Below are positions 1 to 10,468 of a stretch of 64,000 bases of DNA, piece by piece. Origin of the DNA: Octopus vulgaris (taxonomy: Eukaryota); assembly GCA_951406725.2 (NCBI GenBank), contig OX597824.1:25420001-25484000 (forward strand). The letters run 5' to 3'. Within the stretch, counting starts at the first letter, position 1, and every line of letters begins with the position of its first letter. Below the pieces are notes generated by a model. That model saw only the letters and a program-made list of their open reading frames with translations. It made no database searches and had not been told where the DNA came from. The translations under genes were made by a program, and so were the position numbers.

Positions 1-684
1 TGCACTTGCCCGAGCTATGTCAAACAGCACCTGCCACCTGTCGGTCGATTCCGGCCATCATCTCGCTACTGAGTCCTTTGTGAAAAGCTCATCACCACCT
101 CCTTTAGCTGAGAAGAGTGGTGATGGCGAAAAGGATTGTGGGGAGAATATAATCGTAAGTGTTGAGGACAGAGAGTTTTCACCTTTAGCTAGATTCTTGT
201 CAGTGAGGGCGCGTGGCTTAGTGGTTAGGGCATTCGGCTCATGATCGTAAGGTTGTGAGTTCGATTCCCGGCGACGCGTTGTGTCCTTGAGCAAGACACT
301 TTATTTCACGCTGCTCCAGTCCACTCAGCTGGCAAAAATGAGTTGTACTTGTATTTCAAAGGGTCAGCCTTGTCACTCTCTGTGTCACGCTGATTATCCC
401 CGAGAACTACGTTAAGGGTACACGTGTCTGTGGAATGCTCAGCCATTTGCACGTTAATTTCACGAGCAAGCTGTTCCGTTGATTCGGATCAGCTGGGACC
501 CTCGTCGTCGTAACCGGCGGAGTCTTTTTTTTTTTTAAGATTCTTGTCAACTTTTTCAAGTTTCACTTGTAAAGGTGTGAGGATGGAAATGGACGTACTG
601 ATTTCAAGTAAGTTCGTTCAAAAGTTGATGAGGATTGTGGGCATGGTCCGAGTAAACGGGCCTCTGCTAAGAATGTGCCATTAG
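1..684 (+). mobile_element. Degenerate L1/Tx1-type LINE ORF2 3' end (fragment A, cut by the window edge), interrupted by a SINE
   Basis: Continuation of the DETVLHAL zinc-knuckle region, followed by LVNFFKFHL...MVRVNGPLLRMCH*. Same as 17676-18359. Confidence 0.7.
203..537 (+). mobile_element. tRNA-derived SINE with 12-bp target-site duplication
   Basis: A-box tggcttagtggtt and B-box gagttcgattccc, with a T-rich end. TSD agattcttgtca at 191-202 and 538-549. Confidence 0.9.
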
Positions 685-864
685 AATCGAAGCTAAAAAG
701 CTAGTTGGGGGCACTTGCCTTAGTGGGCAGGGTGACTGTTCTTTTGTGGGGTTTCCACGGATGGCACTTGCAAGTCTCCTCTCAACTAGGAAACTTTCAT
801 TGTTTAAAATGTTATTGTTGTTGCTTACTTTTTGTCTACATGTAGAACCCGACTTCTGTTTTTG

Positions 865-2200
865 TAAGGTTGTCCTGGAAACGTCCTCGTTGCTGTATGT
901 TCCCTGTGTACTGAATTTTGTACCACTACTGCAGATACAAGAGCTATTGGATGGAGATAACCCGCACGAATTGGGAGATAAAAGACTCGTGTCGGCGTAC
1001 AGGGATGATGTCACATCCATAGGATCAGACACAAAGCACATCGAGCTGATTGTTACTGCTCTAAAGGACAACGAGACGGTGTAAAGAGCAAAATTTAACC
1101 ATGAAAAGTCTTCGGGCCTACAGCTCAACACTTGGTGGGACAGTACCAACGGCATTCGGGGCCACTGGACGCCCCGGTTAAATTGCTCGCAGCTTAGTCT
1201 GGTCCATATCTCCAGCTAGAGAAGAACTGGGACCAGGTGACGAGCAGGAGAGCCAATCTCACCCAGAAATGAACCGAGAAAAAGCTATTCCCGAAAGATC
1301 GAGCAAAGGCGGAAAACGTTTACATCTCATCCATAATATATTTCCGCTTGACTGTCGTTCCACACCAGCTGACAGATCACCGGACTGGCATAGCCACTCT
1401 TCCGCTTTCTGTGGAAGAGACGTGTCCCTAGTTAGCCACTGCACTTCATGTCAACATCTGTTGCATGTAGATGTGCGCATGCTGTGGATGGTGATACGCA
1501 GACATGCGCTGAGGTTATGATATACCCAACGTTTCCTTGGTGAGGAGCAGATGTGGTCGGCGTTTATGAAGTCCTGTTTTCAAACCACTTATCTTTCCGA
1601 CTGAGCAGCAGTCCTAGATTAAGCATCGGTCAAGGTAGGATGCCTGAAACCTCAAGTGTTGTCAGGTACTGAAAACCCTCTGCTAGTCAGGCAATATTGT
1701 TGGTATAATTTCTACATTGGTGTTCGGTAGAGAGTTAATGGATAGCAAAGGTAATGACATTCTAGGGATGATTTTGGACATCGATGAAGATCAGTTGGTT
1801 AGCTCTTTCCAGAGGACTCGGAAATCTCTTGCCTGGTAAGACTACCAGTATTATCAGTTCGAGATAATCTCGCCTGACAGTCGGGTTTGGCTGAGAAGCG
1901 CGCCGAGTGATGAAACTGTTCTACATGCACTCGTCCAGGGTCTGAGCGTTTCTGATTTGTAGAATTATGTCAAACTTCCTGTCGTGTGTAGAATGTATCC
2001 ATCTACGATCGGAGTCCATTCGTTTGGCTGCGGATGCTAGGCAGTGTTTATCTGTTTGATGGCCATTGCGAAAGACGTTGTTTACTGGACCATTCTGAAA
2101 CAGCTGAAGTTGCATACTTTCCTCAGTGTCTAGGCCTTCAAGAAAATCAACAGGAGATGCAAACTCTGCTCCGAGGAATCCCTGTTTATTTAAGGAGATC
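865..2200 (+). mobile_element. Degenerate L1/Tx1-type LINE ORF2 fragment B (RT C-terminal half and zinc-binding region)
   Basis: Broken-frame translation gives GCP..SLLYV, VSAYRDDVT (YADD), AKFNHEKSSGLQL, LQLEKNW, RRHALRL, DETVLHALVQ and FICLMAIAKDVVYWT, with many stops and frameshifts. Confidence 0.8.
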
Positions 2201-2821
2201 ATTAATAGAATTTCTGAATGAATCTCAAGGTGCTTATATACTTATAAATGCACTTTCGAACAATGCAGAGGGAATGAATTTGAATAGCCGTTAACCACAT
2301 TTATGATCATAATTTATCTTAAGGTATGGATGAATTTAATCTAACTCTAGCCTACCCCATTCTTCCAAATAATAAGTTGCTATTCAATTCACTGTGTGGA
2401 CGTTGTACACCAAACCACGTGTGTGCGTATGCTAATATATCTTCATAGATGTTTGTAAGAGCCATACAATCTAAGCGAGAGCATTTTACATCCGTATCTA
2501 TTAACGGTTATGTTTAATACTTTTTTGCTGTATTGAGTATTCGTTACTTTTGGCATTTGTTATTTATTATCGATCTTATATAAAAATGAAGCTGTATCTT
2601 TTTAATTTGCTGCTTTTCTATACACAAGCCGAGAAGATATCTTGCCGAACAGTTATTATTTTAACGAGATGCATCTTGTAATCACCTGAAGAGAAGCATC
2701 TTGCACCGTCAGATAATTCAAAACCAGTGAAGTATCCAAATCCGTGTGGGAGCAAGGCTTGGTGGGTCGAAACAATGATAGTGACTGATAAACATTCTCA
2801 TATCTACCGTCTTCCAATTCT

Positions 2822-2877
<56 letters not shown>

Positions 2878-2902
2878 CACACATACGCACACACACGCAC
2901 AC

Positions 2903-2948
<46 letters not shown>

Positions 2949-2993
2949 TCATACATAATTTACATACATATATATACATGTATACATATATAC

Positions 2994-3074
<81 letters not shown>

Positions 3075-3158
3075 TATTTATAATGCATATATATATATAT
3101 ATATACATACATATATATATATATACATATATATATAAATATATACATATATGTAATG

Positions 3159-3202
<44 letters not shown>

Positions 3203-3211
3203 TGTGTGTGT

Positions 3212-3511
3212 GGCGCAATGGTCCAGAGGTTAGGGCAGCGGACTCGCGGTCGTAGGATCGCGGTTTCGATTCCCAGACCGGGCGTTGTGAGTGTTTATTG
3301 AGCGAAGAAACCTAAAGCTCCACGAGGCTCCAGCAGTGGGTGGTGGCGGTCCCTGCTATACTCTTTCGCCACAACTTTCGCTCACTCTTTCTTCTGTTTT
3401 CCTGCTCGCTTAGCCAGCGGGGTGGCGTCATTTGGAGGCTAAAACAATGCGAAGCGCATTGTGATCAGCGATGTGTAGCAGCATCTGATAGCCTCGTCGG
3501 TTACGGTGATC
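3212..3511 (+). mobile_element. tRNA-derived SINE (second family) with (ACAT)n tail
   Basis: A/B-box head ggcgcaatggtccagaggttagggcagcggactcgcggtcgtaggatcgcggtttcgattccc. Copies at ~20860-21160 and ~38879-39178. Confidence 0.8.
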
Positions 3512-3532
3512 ACATATACATACATACATACA

Positions 3533-3568
<36 letters not shown>

Positions 3569-3570
3569 CA

Positions 3571-3736
3571 CGCTTTCGTCCATTCTGGTGGAGTTTTCAA
3601 ATTGAACTAAGTTCTTGTGGAAAAAGTTTGACCATTTTATAGTGTTATTGAGTGTGTAGTGGTGGGGAGGGATATAAGATAGTACAAGAGGGTGATGAAT
3701 GGGGAGAAAGTGAGAGAGAGCATGTGTGTGTGTGTG

Positions 3737-3796
<60 letters not shown>

Positions 3797-4102
3797 GAGA
3801 GAAAGAAGACCATAAATTGTATTTCCATTTTATCTTTGTCTTGAAAGAGAGAGTGCGTGTGCGTGTGTGTTTATGTGCGCGCGTGTGTGGTGCGTGTGTT
3901 TGTGTCTTTGTATCTGAAAGAGGTGTTAGGGAGGAATGGTCAAGTTGTTAAGAGTAACCAGTCATTGGCTTTTAGTAATGTTCTAGAGTGCCACTTTTGC
4001 TTATATTTTTGCAACTGTAAATGATTTTTGGTTTTTAGAAATTGGCAATTTCAAAAAAGAATTGTTAGGATTTCTTTTTATTATTGTTTTGTGAAGGTGT
4101 GT

Positions 4103-4170
<68 letters not shown>

Positions 4171-5057
4171 TGGGAATAAAACAAACCTGTTTTTGTAATC
4201 CAGATTTTCCATCCCATCTAAGCACAGGAATAAAACATTGGATTGAAAGAACTGAATAGTGGTATAAATATCACCAGAATTATTTCTTCTTCCTCTTTTT
4301 CTTCTTTCTTCCCTTCTCCAACGACACCCCTTCCAGATTCACAGGCGCCCACACACACACACGCACATACACACACACACACACACATACCTTCACAAAA
4401 CAATAATAAAAAGAAATCCTAACAATTCTTTTTGAAATTGCCAATTTCTAAAAACCAAAAATCATTTACAGTTGCAAAAATATAAACAAAAGTGGCACTC
4501 TAGAACATTACTAAAAGCCAATGACTGGTTACTCTTAACAACTTGAACATTCCCCCCTGACACTCCTTTCAGATACAAAGACACAAACACACGCACCACA
4601 CACGCGCGCACATAAACACACACACACACACACTCTCTCTCTCTCACAAGACAATGATAAAAAGGAAATGCAATTTATGATCGTCTTTCTCCTCCTTTTC
4701 TTCCTTTCCTTGTTTTTCTTTAACACTCCTTTAAGATGCAAACGCACACACACACGCACACACACACACATGCTCTCTCTCACTTTCTTCCCTCTTGTTC
4801 TATCTTATATCCCTCCCCACCACTACACACTCAATAACACTATAAAATGGTCAAATGTTTTCCCCAAGATCTTAGACACCCCCCTTGGAGTAAACATCCT
4901 GACCAACTACAAAAGTAACCAGCAAAACAATATTTTCTTCTTCCCTCTCTCCCTTTTCTTTCTTTCCTTCTTTTTCTTTAACTATTCTTTCAGATACAAA
5001 AACACACACGCACGCGCACACACACACACACACGCACGCACGCACACACACACACAC

Positions 5058-5088
<31 letters not shown>

Positions 5089-5240
5089 TGCTCTCTCTCA
5101 CTTTCTCTCCATTCATCACCCTCTTGTACTATCTTATATCCCTCCCCACCACTACACACTCAATAACACTATAAAATGGTCAAAATTTTTCCACAAGAAC
5201 TTAGTTCAATTTGAAAACTCCACCAGAATGGACGAAAGCG
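3571..5240. mobile_element. Foldback/palindromic element with long inverted arms
   Basis: Termini cgctttcgtccattctggtggag...ctccaccagaatggacgaaagcg. Outer arms 3571-3790 / ~5050-5240; inner arms ~3798-4160 / ~4350-4693; ~180-bp unique centre. Confidence 0.85.
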
Positions 5241-5544
5241 CTAATATATGATATATGATATAAGTTATATGATGTATAAAAACATGTAATATACAAATAA
5301 ATATCTGTAAATATAAAACCATCCGAATTTCTGAGTACCTCATTTCTTCTAATATAAAATACTTGTACATCATCTCCAAACATTCTAATAAACAAATGGA
5401 AGTAAATAACTATATACATATATTTTTTTATTTCATTTATTTTTATTTTTATTTTTTAAACATTTTATATATATTTATTACTATTATTACTATTATTATT
5501 GTTATACATATATACATACATACACAATAATAATAATAATAATG

Positions 5545-5605
<61 letters not shown>

Positions 5606-6056
5606 GTGGGTATAAACACATGAACAAAATAAGAATAAACAAAAACAAAAACAAATTACACGAACGTATATAAACAGGAGATACAAATATTACAGGCGTT
5701 TCCCCCCCCCCCATACACAAACACACACACACACACTAACTAAACATAGACGCACATAGAGATATACGCATGCGCAAATGAAGACATATACAATAGAAAT
5801 ACAAAATGGTTGACGGTTAGTAAGGAAAGACACACAAATAAGAAAGCAAAGGACCACTGCTGCGGTCACAGGAGTGTGACGAAAGAACTCTGGCCGAAAT
5901 AAGATTAAGATTAATGCAAAAAATAAATAACGATGAAGCAAAGTAAAACCAAATATATAGTGCGTGTGTTTTTATTAGCTAAACTAGCAAAATGACCATT
6001 CCTAAATACAACAATATCTGTTTCAACACACGATTTCACATCAAAAATCTCGCAAA

Positions 6057-6153
<97 letters not shown>

Positions 6154-6477
6154 CACATACATACATACACATACACATATGACTCAATGAGAGGTTATAA
6201 TTTTTGAATGTAAGAAATACGCGTTAAAAATTAAAGAAATCGAAGACATTTATTTGGTAAACAAAGAATATTTCTTATAGAAAAGTAAAAAAAAAAGTTA
6301 AATTAGGAAAAAAATTGTTGTTCGCATATTATTTTTAGTCTTTGAAGTTTGAAATAGTTTCAATATATTTAAAAAATTTTTAATTCTTACCAAATTTTAA
6401 GTAAAGAATAAATGTTTCTCATATGTTTCGAACGTGACTCAATGGGAGGATTCAATTTAGAAGTAAGGAAATATATG

Positions 6478-6483
6478 TTTATT
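6478..6483 (-). terminator. Candidate polyadenylation signal AATAAA, ~285 nt after the copy 1 stop
   Basis: tttatt on the + strand; a second lies at ~6248-6253. The AT-rich context makes this weak. Confidence 0.3.
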
Positions 6484-6765
6484 TTTTTTCAAAAATGTTG
6501 AGAGTTTCTTAAAAGTAAAAATTTCCCATCAAAAAGTTCTTTTAATTTAGATAGAGAATATTGTCCATTTAGTATTTTTGACCTATCAATCTTTCAATAG
6601 TTTCAATGTATTTTTATAATATTAAAGTTTTATCAAGTTTCATTACTTATCTCAATCTGCGTCCATGGTTTTGTTTTCTTTCATTGGTTATAATCAATCT
6701 GATTTTTTGTTATTGATTTTTCTCTTGAATGTTGTCTTCGTTGTTTTTTCTTTTGTTTTCCTTAA

Positions 6766-8433
6766 TTATTTTGTTATTTCAAAACAATGACTGGTTTTCA
6801 TTTCAAATTTCTCTGGCAGAAAAAGCATATTTTCCAGTTCTTCATGGTTATCGTACGTATATTTCCTTTCATTTCTTGTATAGAATGGTATTTTCAATAG
6901 TGGGTTATTTTCTTTAGCTCCATAGTCAAAATGGGCTGTGCAGATCACGTCTGTCGTCTTGACTATATCCGGGTCTGATCCTTGGTCTCTGCTGTTTATT
7001 ATTGTTTGGATGGTACCCTTGATTGTGCCCTCGATATTGCTCTGCATTTTGCTCTCCGGTGTGCCCAATATTTTACCCTTGATTGTGCCCTCGATATTGC
7101 TCTGCATTTTGCTCTCCGATGTGCTCAATATTTTAACATTGATTTTGCCCTCGATCTTTTTTTTTATTCCCGATGTCTCCGAGATTGTACCATTGATTCT
7201 GCCCTGGATATTGCCCTGCATTTCGCTCTCCGAGGTGTACAAGATTTTAGCATATATCTCTGCATTTTGCTCTTCGGTGATATCTCTCTGCATTTTGCTC
7301 TCCGGTGTGTCCAAGGTTTTATCATTGATAGTGACCTTCATCTTTTTCAGGACTGCAACGTCATCTCCTGTACCCTCAATTGGGTACAAGATATTTCCCT
7401 CCGTATCTCCGAGTTCGAATATGCCCGTTACTGTGCCCGTGAATGTGCCCTTGATTTTGTCTGTGACGGTCCCTTTGTATTTAAAAGACCGGTTGATTAT
7501 ATCCTTCAGGGCGTCTTTGAGATCTTGATTGCCCTCACTATTTAATATCTCCTCCAAAATACTATCTGTAAAATAAGTAAATTCCTCCATATCTTTGACC
7601 CTATCGAAAATTTTCAGTTTTTTATGTGCGGATTTCAAAACATCGCCAAGTAGTTTATTAAGCAGGAGAACAGTTTTGTGTTGGTAAGCCGTGTTATGTA
7701 GTCGATATCGTGAATAAAACATATCATAGAAATTTTTAAGCGTTTTGTCTCTGTAGCATATTTCACCACCTATTACTTTGGACATTTTCATCATTCTTTC
7801 GTGATCAAAGGATGTTCCAATGCCAAGAAAATGGGAATCTCTGGCCAGGTAATCCCATTTATCAACGTCGATGTTATAGTCTGCATTGTTGACGATTTGG
7901 TAAAAAAATTTTTTTCTGTCAGGTTTTTCTGGTTTACCAGTAATGAGATCTTTTATGAAACCAATTTCACCAGACTTAAGTTCTCCTTCAAAATGTTGGT
8001 TCATTTCAAAAAGATGCTCTAACATTTCACATGATACATCTTCATGTTCCCACTTTTTACCTCCATTTTCCTTGCGATACTCGTTGATAATTTCTTGAAA
8101 GGCATGAGAAAAAGGCGCATGTCCTAAATCATGACACAAACCAGCGATTTCAACACACAGTATATCTCGATCAGATATTTCCAGACCGGAATCTTGCTGC
8201 TTAAGATGGCGAATCATTTTCCCAGCTAGATGACATGTTCCCAGACAATGCTCAAATCTATTATGTGAAGCTGATGGATAAACGTAATAACACAAACCTA
8301 GTTGTTTGATATTACGTAATCTCTGAAATTGTACTGTATTAATAATTTTAACACAGAGTGGTGAAAATTGCATGGATCCATGAATAGCGTCCTGAAAAAC
8401 CTGATCCGGACGTGTATCGTTTCCGTTAGCCAT
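6766..8433 (-). CDS. SAMHD1: SAMHD1-like HD-domain dNTP triphosphohydrolase, copy 1 (intact, 555 aa, intronless, no SAM domain, repetitive insert)
   Basis: Motifs DAIHG, QFQRLRNIKQLG, HNRFEHCLG, LCHDLGH.PFSH, WEHE, IDVDKWDYLARD, AYQHK, FDYG.KENNP and LPEKF are colinear with SAMHD1. An in-frame TAA lies 10 codons upstream of the ATG. The symbol denotes the family, not proven orthology. Confidence 0.95.
   Translation of the reverse strand: MANGNDTRPDQVFQDAIHGSMQFSPLCVKIINTVQFQRLRNIKQLGLCYYVYPSASHNRFEHCLGTCHLAGKMIRHLKQQDSGLEISDRDILCVEIAGLCHDLGHAPFSHAFQEIINEYRKENGGKKWEHEDVSCEMLEHLFEMNQHFEGELKSGEIGFIKDLITGKPEKPDRKKFFYQIVNNADYNIDVDKWDYLARDSHFLGIGTSFDHERMMKMSKVIGGEICYRDKTLKNFYDMFYSRYRLHNTAYQHKTVLLLNKLLGDVLKSAHKKLKIFDRVKDMEEFTYFTDSILEEILNSEGNQDLKDALKDIINRSFKYKGTVTDKIKGTFTGTVTGIFELGDTEGNILYPIEGTGDDVAVLKKMKVTINDKTLDTPESKMQRDITEEQNAEIYAKILYTSESEMQGNIQGRINGTISETSGIKKKIEGKINVKILSTSESKMQSNIEGTIKGKILGTPESKMQSNIEGTIKGTIQTIINSRDQGSDPDIVKTTDVICTAHFDYGAKENNPLLKIPFYTRNERKYTYDNHEELENMLFLPEKFEMKTSHCFEITK
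7010..7470 (-). repeat. Coding repeat insert: 60-bp (20-aa) units ESKMQSNIEG(T/K)I(K/N)GKIL(G/S)T plus degenerate upstream units
   Basis: gattgtgccctcgatattgctctgcattttgctctcc repeats at 7021 and 7081. Related ESKMQ/ESEMQ units lie at ~7220 and ~7295. There are two terminal units in copies 1-4 and three in copy 5. Confidence 0.92.
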
Positions 8434-8721
8434 TATAAAATTGTTAAGAATATATCTAACTTACATTCACTTTGTCGTTTATGTTGCTGGTGGTCGTTTC
8501 GTTGCTGTTGTGTTTGTTAGTTTCGTAATGTGGAGTAGAAATATAAATTATCCAAATATGTCCAGTTGAATATTTCTAACATTTGATTTGAAATGATCTC
8601 AGTCGCATTGGCATGAAATATCTGGTGTTTCAAATAATATAAGCGATCAGTAAGTGTCTGCGTGGTTGGTAGAAAGAACACGAAATGAACTATGTTGTTT
8701 TATGAAAAATCAGCTGACGAC

Positions 8722-8757
8722 TACACCCACTTCCTTATAACACAACTTTCACTTTAC
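8722..8757 (-). promoter_or_regulatory. Candidate core promoter: IRF-E-like AAAGTGAAAGT next to TATA-like TTATAAG, GGAAGT and GGGTGT
   Basis: The minus strand reads GTAAAGTGAAAGTTGTGTTATAAGGAAGTGGGTGTA, ~300 bp upstream of the ATG. The IRF-like motif recurs in all copies (26683, 42141, 49511, 56775). Motif match only. Confidence 0.4.
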
Positions 8758-8794
8758 ATCTTCAACATCACTAGCAATAACATTTAATAATATC

Positions 8795-8795
<1 letters not shown>

Positions 8796-8851
<56 letters not shown>

Positions 8852-8961
8852 CAGCAGCAGCAGCAGCAGCAGTAGTATTCGTCGTCGTCGTCGTCGTCGT
8901 CGTAGTAGTAGTAGTAGTAGTTGTAGTAGTAGTAGTAGTAGTAGAAGTAGTAGTAGTAGTA
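8796..8961. repeat. Compound trinucleotide microsatellite (GTA)n(GCA)n..(GTC)n(GTA)n upstream of the gene
   Basis: Directly visible. Present in all five units and contracted to GTA only at 49562-49628. Confidence 0.95.
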
Positions 8962-9524
8962 TCACATTCGGATTTAACTACTGCGCAGAAAAGTCCGTTG
9001 TTTTCACACATGTATACGCGTGTGCATGTGTATGTATATGTGTGTGTGTGTGTGTGCATGTGTATGTATGCGTGTGTGTGTGCGTGTGTGTGCGTGTGCG
9101 TGTGTGTGTGTGTGAATGAATAGATGTATGTAAATGTATGCGCGTAATGTTGGAACGAGGCAAATGTAGTGTCGTTAGCATTTTCTCTAGAATACCAGCA
9201 ATAACGCCACTCCCCTGAAAAATCAACAGTGGCAACAAGAACTACAACAACAAAAGTAAAAAAAAATCTTACTTTCGTAGACATCAGTTAAGAAACTACG
9301 AAATTACAGTAGCAATACCTTTGGAAAAGGGAACGAATATTATTTTCTGGATTTTGATAAAAGAAATACATGTTCACAGATGACAATGGATTAACTTCCG
9401 TAAAATACAATCTTCAGTTACTTTCATTTTCTTAAAAGACCGCGTAAATATATAACATAAGTTATGGCTTAGACATGGTGTGCTTCATATGGAAGTATAT
9501 TGAGAAGCCAAACGTCTTCAGAAA

Positions 9525-9878
9525 TCTCTCTATATAAAAGTGAAGTTGTGTGAGTGTCTGTCTCCTACGATTTAGATTCCTAACTACTCCTACATTTTGC
9601 GGTGCAGTTTCATATCGAGCCTTTCTGGGTATTAGCGCTGAGTCTACGATTTTTAAAATAATTTAACATCACTTTTTTTCCATTTTAACGCATATTTTTT
9701 AAATAAAGGGAAGTAACTCTCTAAAAATATCTACGATGAGTCAACGATTTAAAAAAAATTTACCATAATTTTTTTCCATTTTTAATGCATTTTTTGCTAT
9801 ATTTTGGCTATAACTCTCTAAAAATGATTTATAGTTATTTCCCTTACAAACCCGAGCAACGCCGGGCGATACTGCTAG
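9525..9878 (+). mobile_element. Non-autonomous Helitron
   Basis: 5' TC (tctctctatataaaa), 3' CTAG, subterminal hairpin cccgagcaacgccggg. Inserted at an A|T site without a TSD. The paralogous empty site cagaaa|tctcgatataaat is at ~12412-12430. Copies at 27447-27811, 42919-43292, 50194-50548 and 57568-57921. Confidence 0.85.
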
Positions 9879-10135
9879 TCTTGATATAAATCTTTTAGAT
9901 CAGGTGAAATATATTTGGTACATATTTGACCTCTACAAACTGACCAATAAATACAAGTAATATAACGAGTTATCTCCTTCAATATAATTACAAGATTAAG
10001 GGAGACTATTCATTCTGAAGCTTTCTACTCAAATGTTTTTCTTAGAGAAAATGTCAGCAAATTTTAAGGAAAGGGTCAAGTCGCTTACATCAACAAAATA
10101 TGCTCAATTAATACTTATTTTATCGAACCTTAAAG

Positions 10136-10468
10136 GGATCTTTTCGGTTTGAACAGCAGTTTTTGCTAGCGGTGTCATATAAATTTGTCACCCATAATTA
10201 TGACTCTAGTATCGATCTATTGTATTTCAATCTATTTTAGGGTTAGGCTTAGGGGTGGGGGGAAGGGTGTCTTTTTTTTTTCAGAAGTGTAAATAAACCC
10301 AATCTGTTTCTTAAACGAGGGACATATTCATACGGCACAGAATGTTTTCACCTCAATAGACGTCACTGATTAGTTGAAATTGCAGAAATTGAAGGAAAAA
10401 ACAACAAATATCTTACAAACTATACAATTTTCTCAGTAAAGCCAAGAGAAAAAGATGTTTTATAAACA
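10136..10468 (+). mobile_element. MITE-like DNA element fragment with terminal ggatcttttcggtttgaac and internal ttagggttagg
   Basis: The internal sequence is the reverse complement of 16330-16575, which starts with the same terminal motif at 16253, implying terminal inverted repeats. Confidence 0.6.

Noticed and set aside
203-290. tRNA gene
   Set aside because: It has A/B boxes but no complete cloverleaf, continues into a SINE body and is flanked by a TSD. The same reasoning applies to the heads at 3212 and 15571.
1259-1520. Minus-strand Cys/His pattern resembling a PHD finger (CNRC..KCSG..EWLCQS)
   Set aside because: The + strand gives a coherent LINE ORF2 alignment (RT motifs, RRHALRL, DETVLHAL), so the minus-strand pattern is coincidental.
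6938-7545. Two + strand ORFs (196 and 187 aa) antisense to the insert, recurring in the other copies
   Set aside because: They coincide exactly with the repetitive insert, have no independent motifs, and are explained by its codon pattern (shadow ORFs).
8434-8470. Upstream coding exon supplying a SAM domain
   Set aside because: There is an in-frame TAA at 8461-8463, no polypyrimidine-AG acceptor before the ATG, and no SAM-like ORF anywhere in the 7.3-kb minimal unit.
9415-9445. Upstream module translating to AVF/KKMKVT, resembling AVLKKMKVT in the protein insert
   Set aside because: The match is only ~9 residues, needs a frameshift and does not extend on either side, so it is treated as chance.
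10237-10262. Telomeric TTAGGG repeats or G-quadruplex
   Set aside because: Only 2-3 degenerate units, internal to a MITE-like element.
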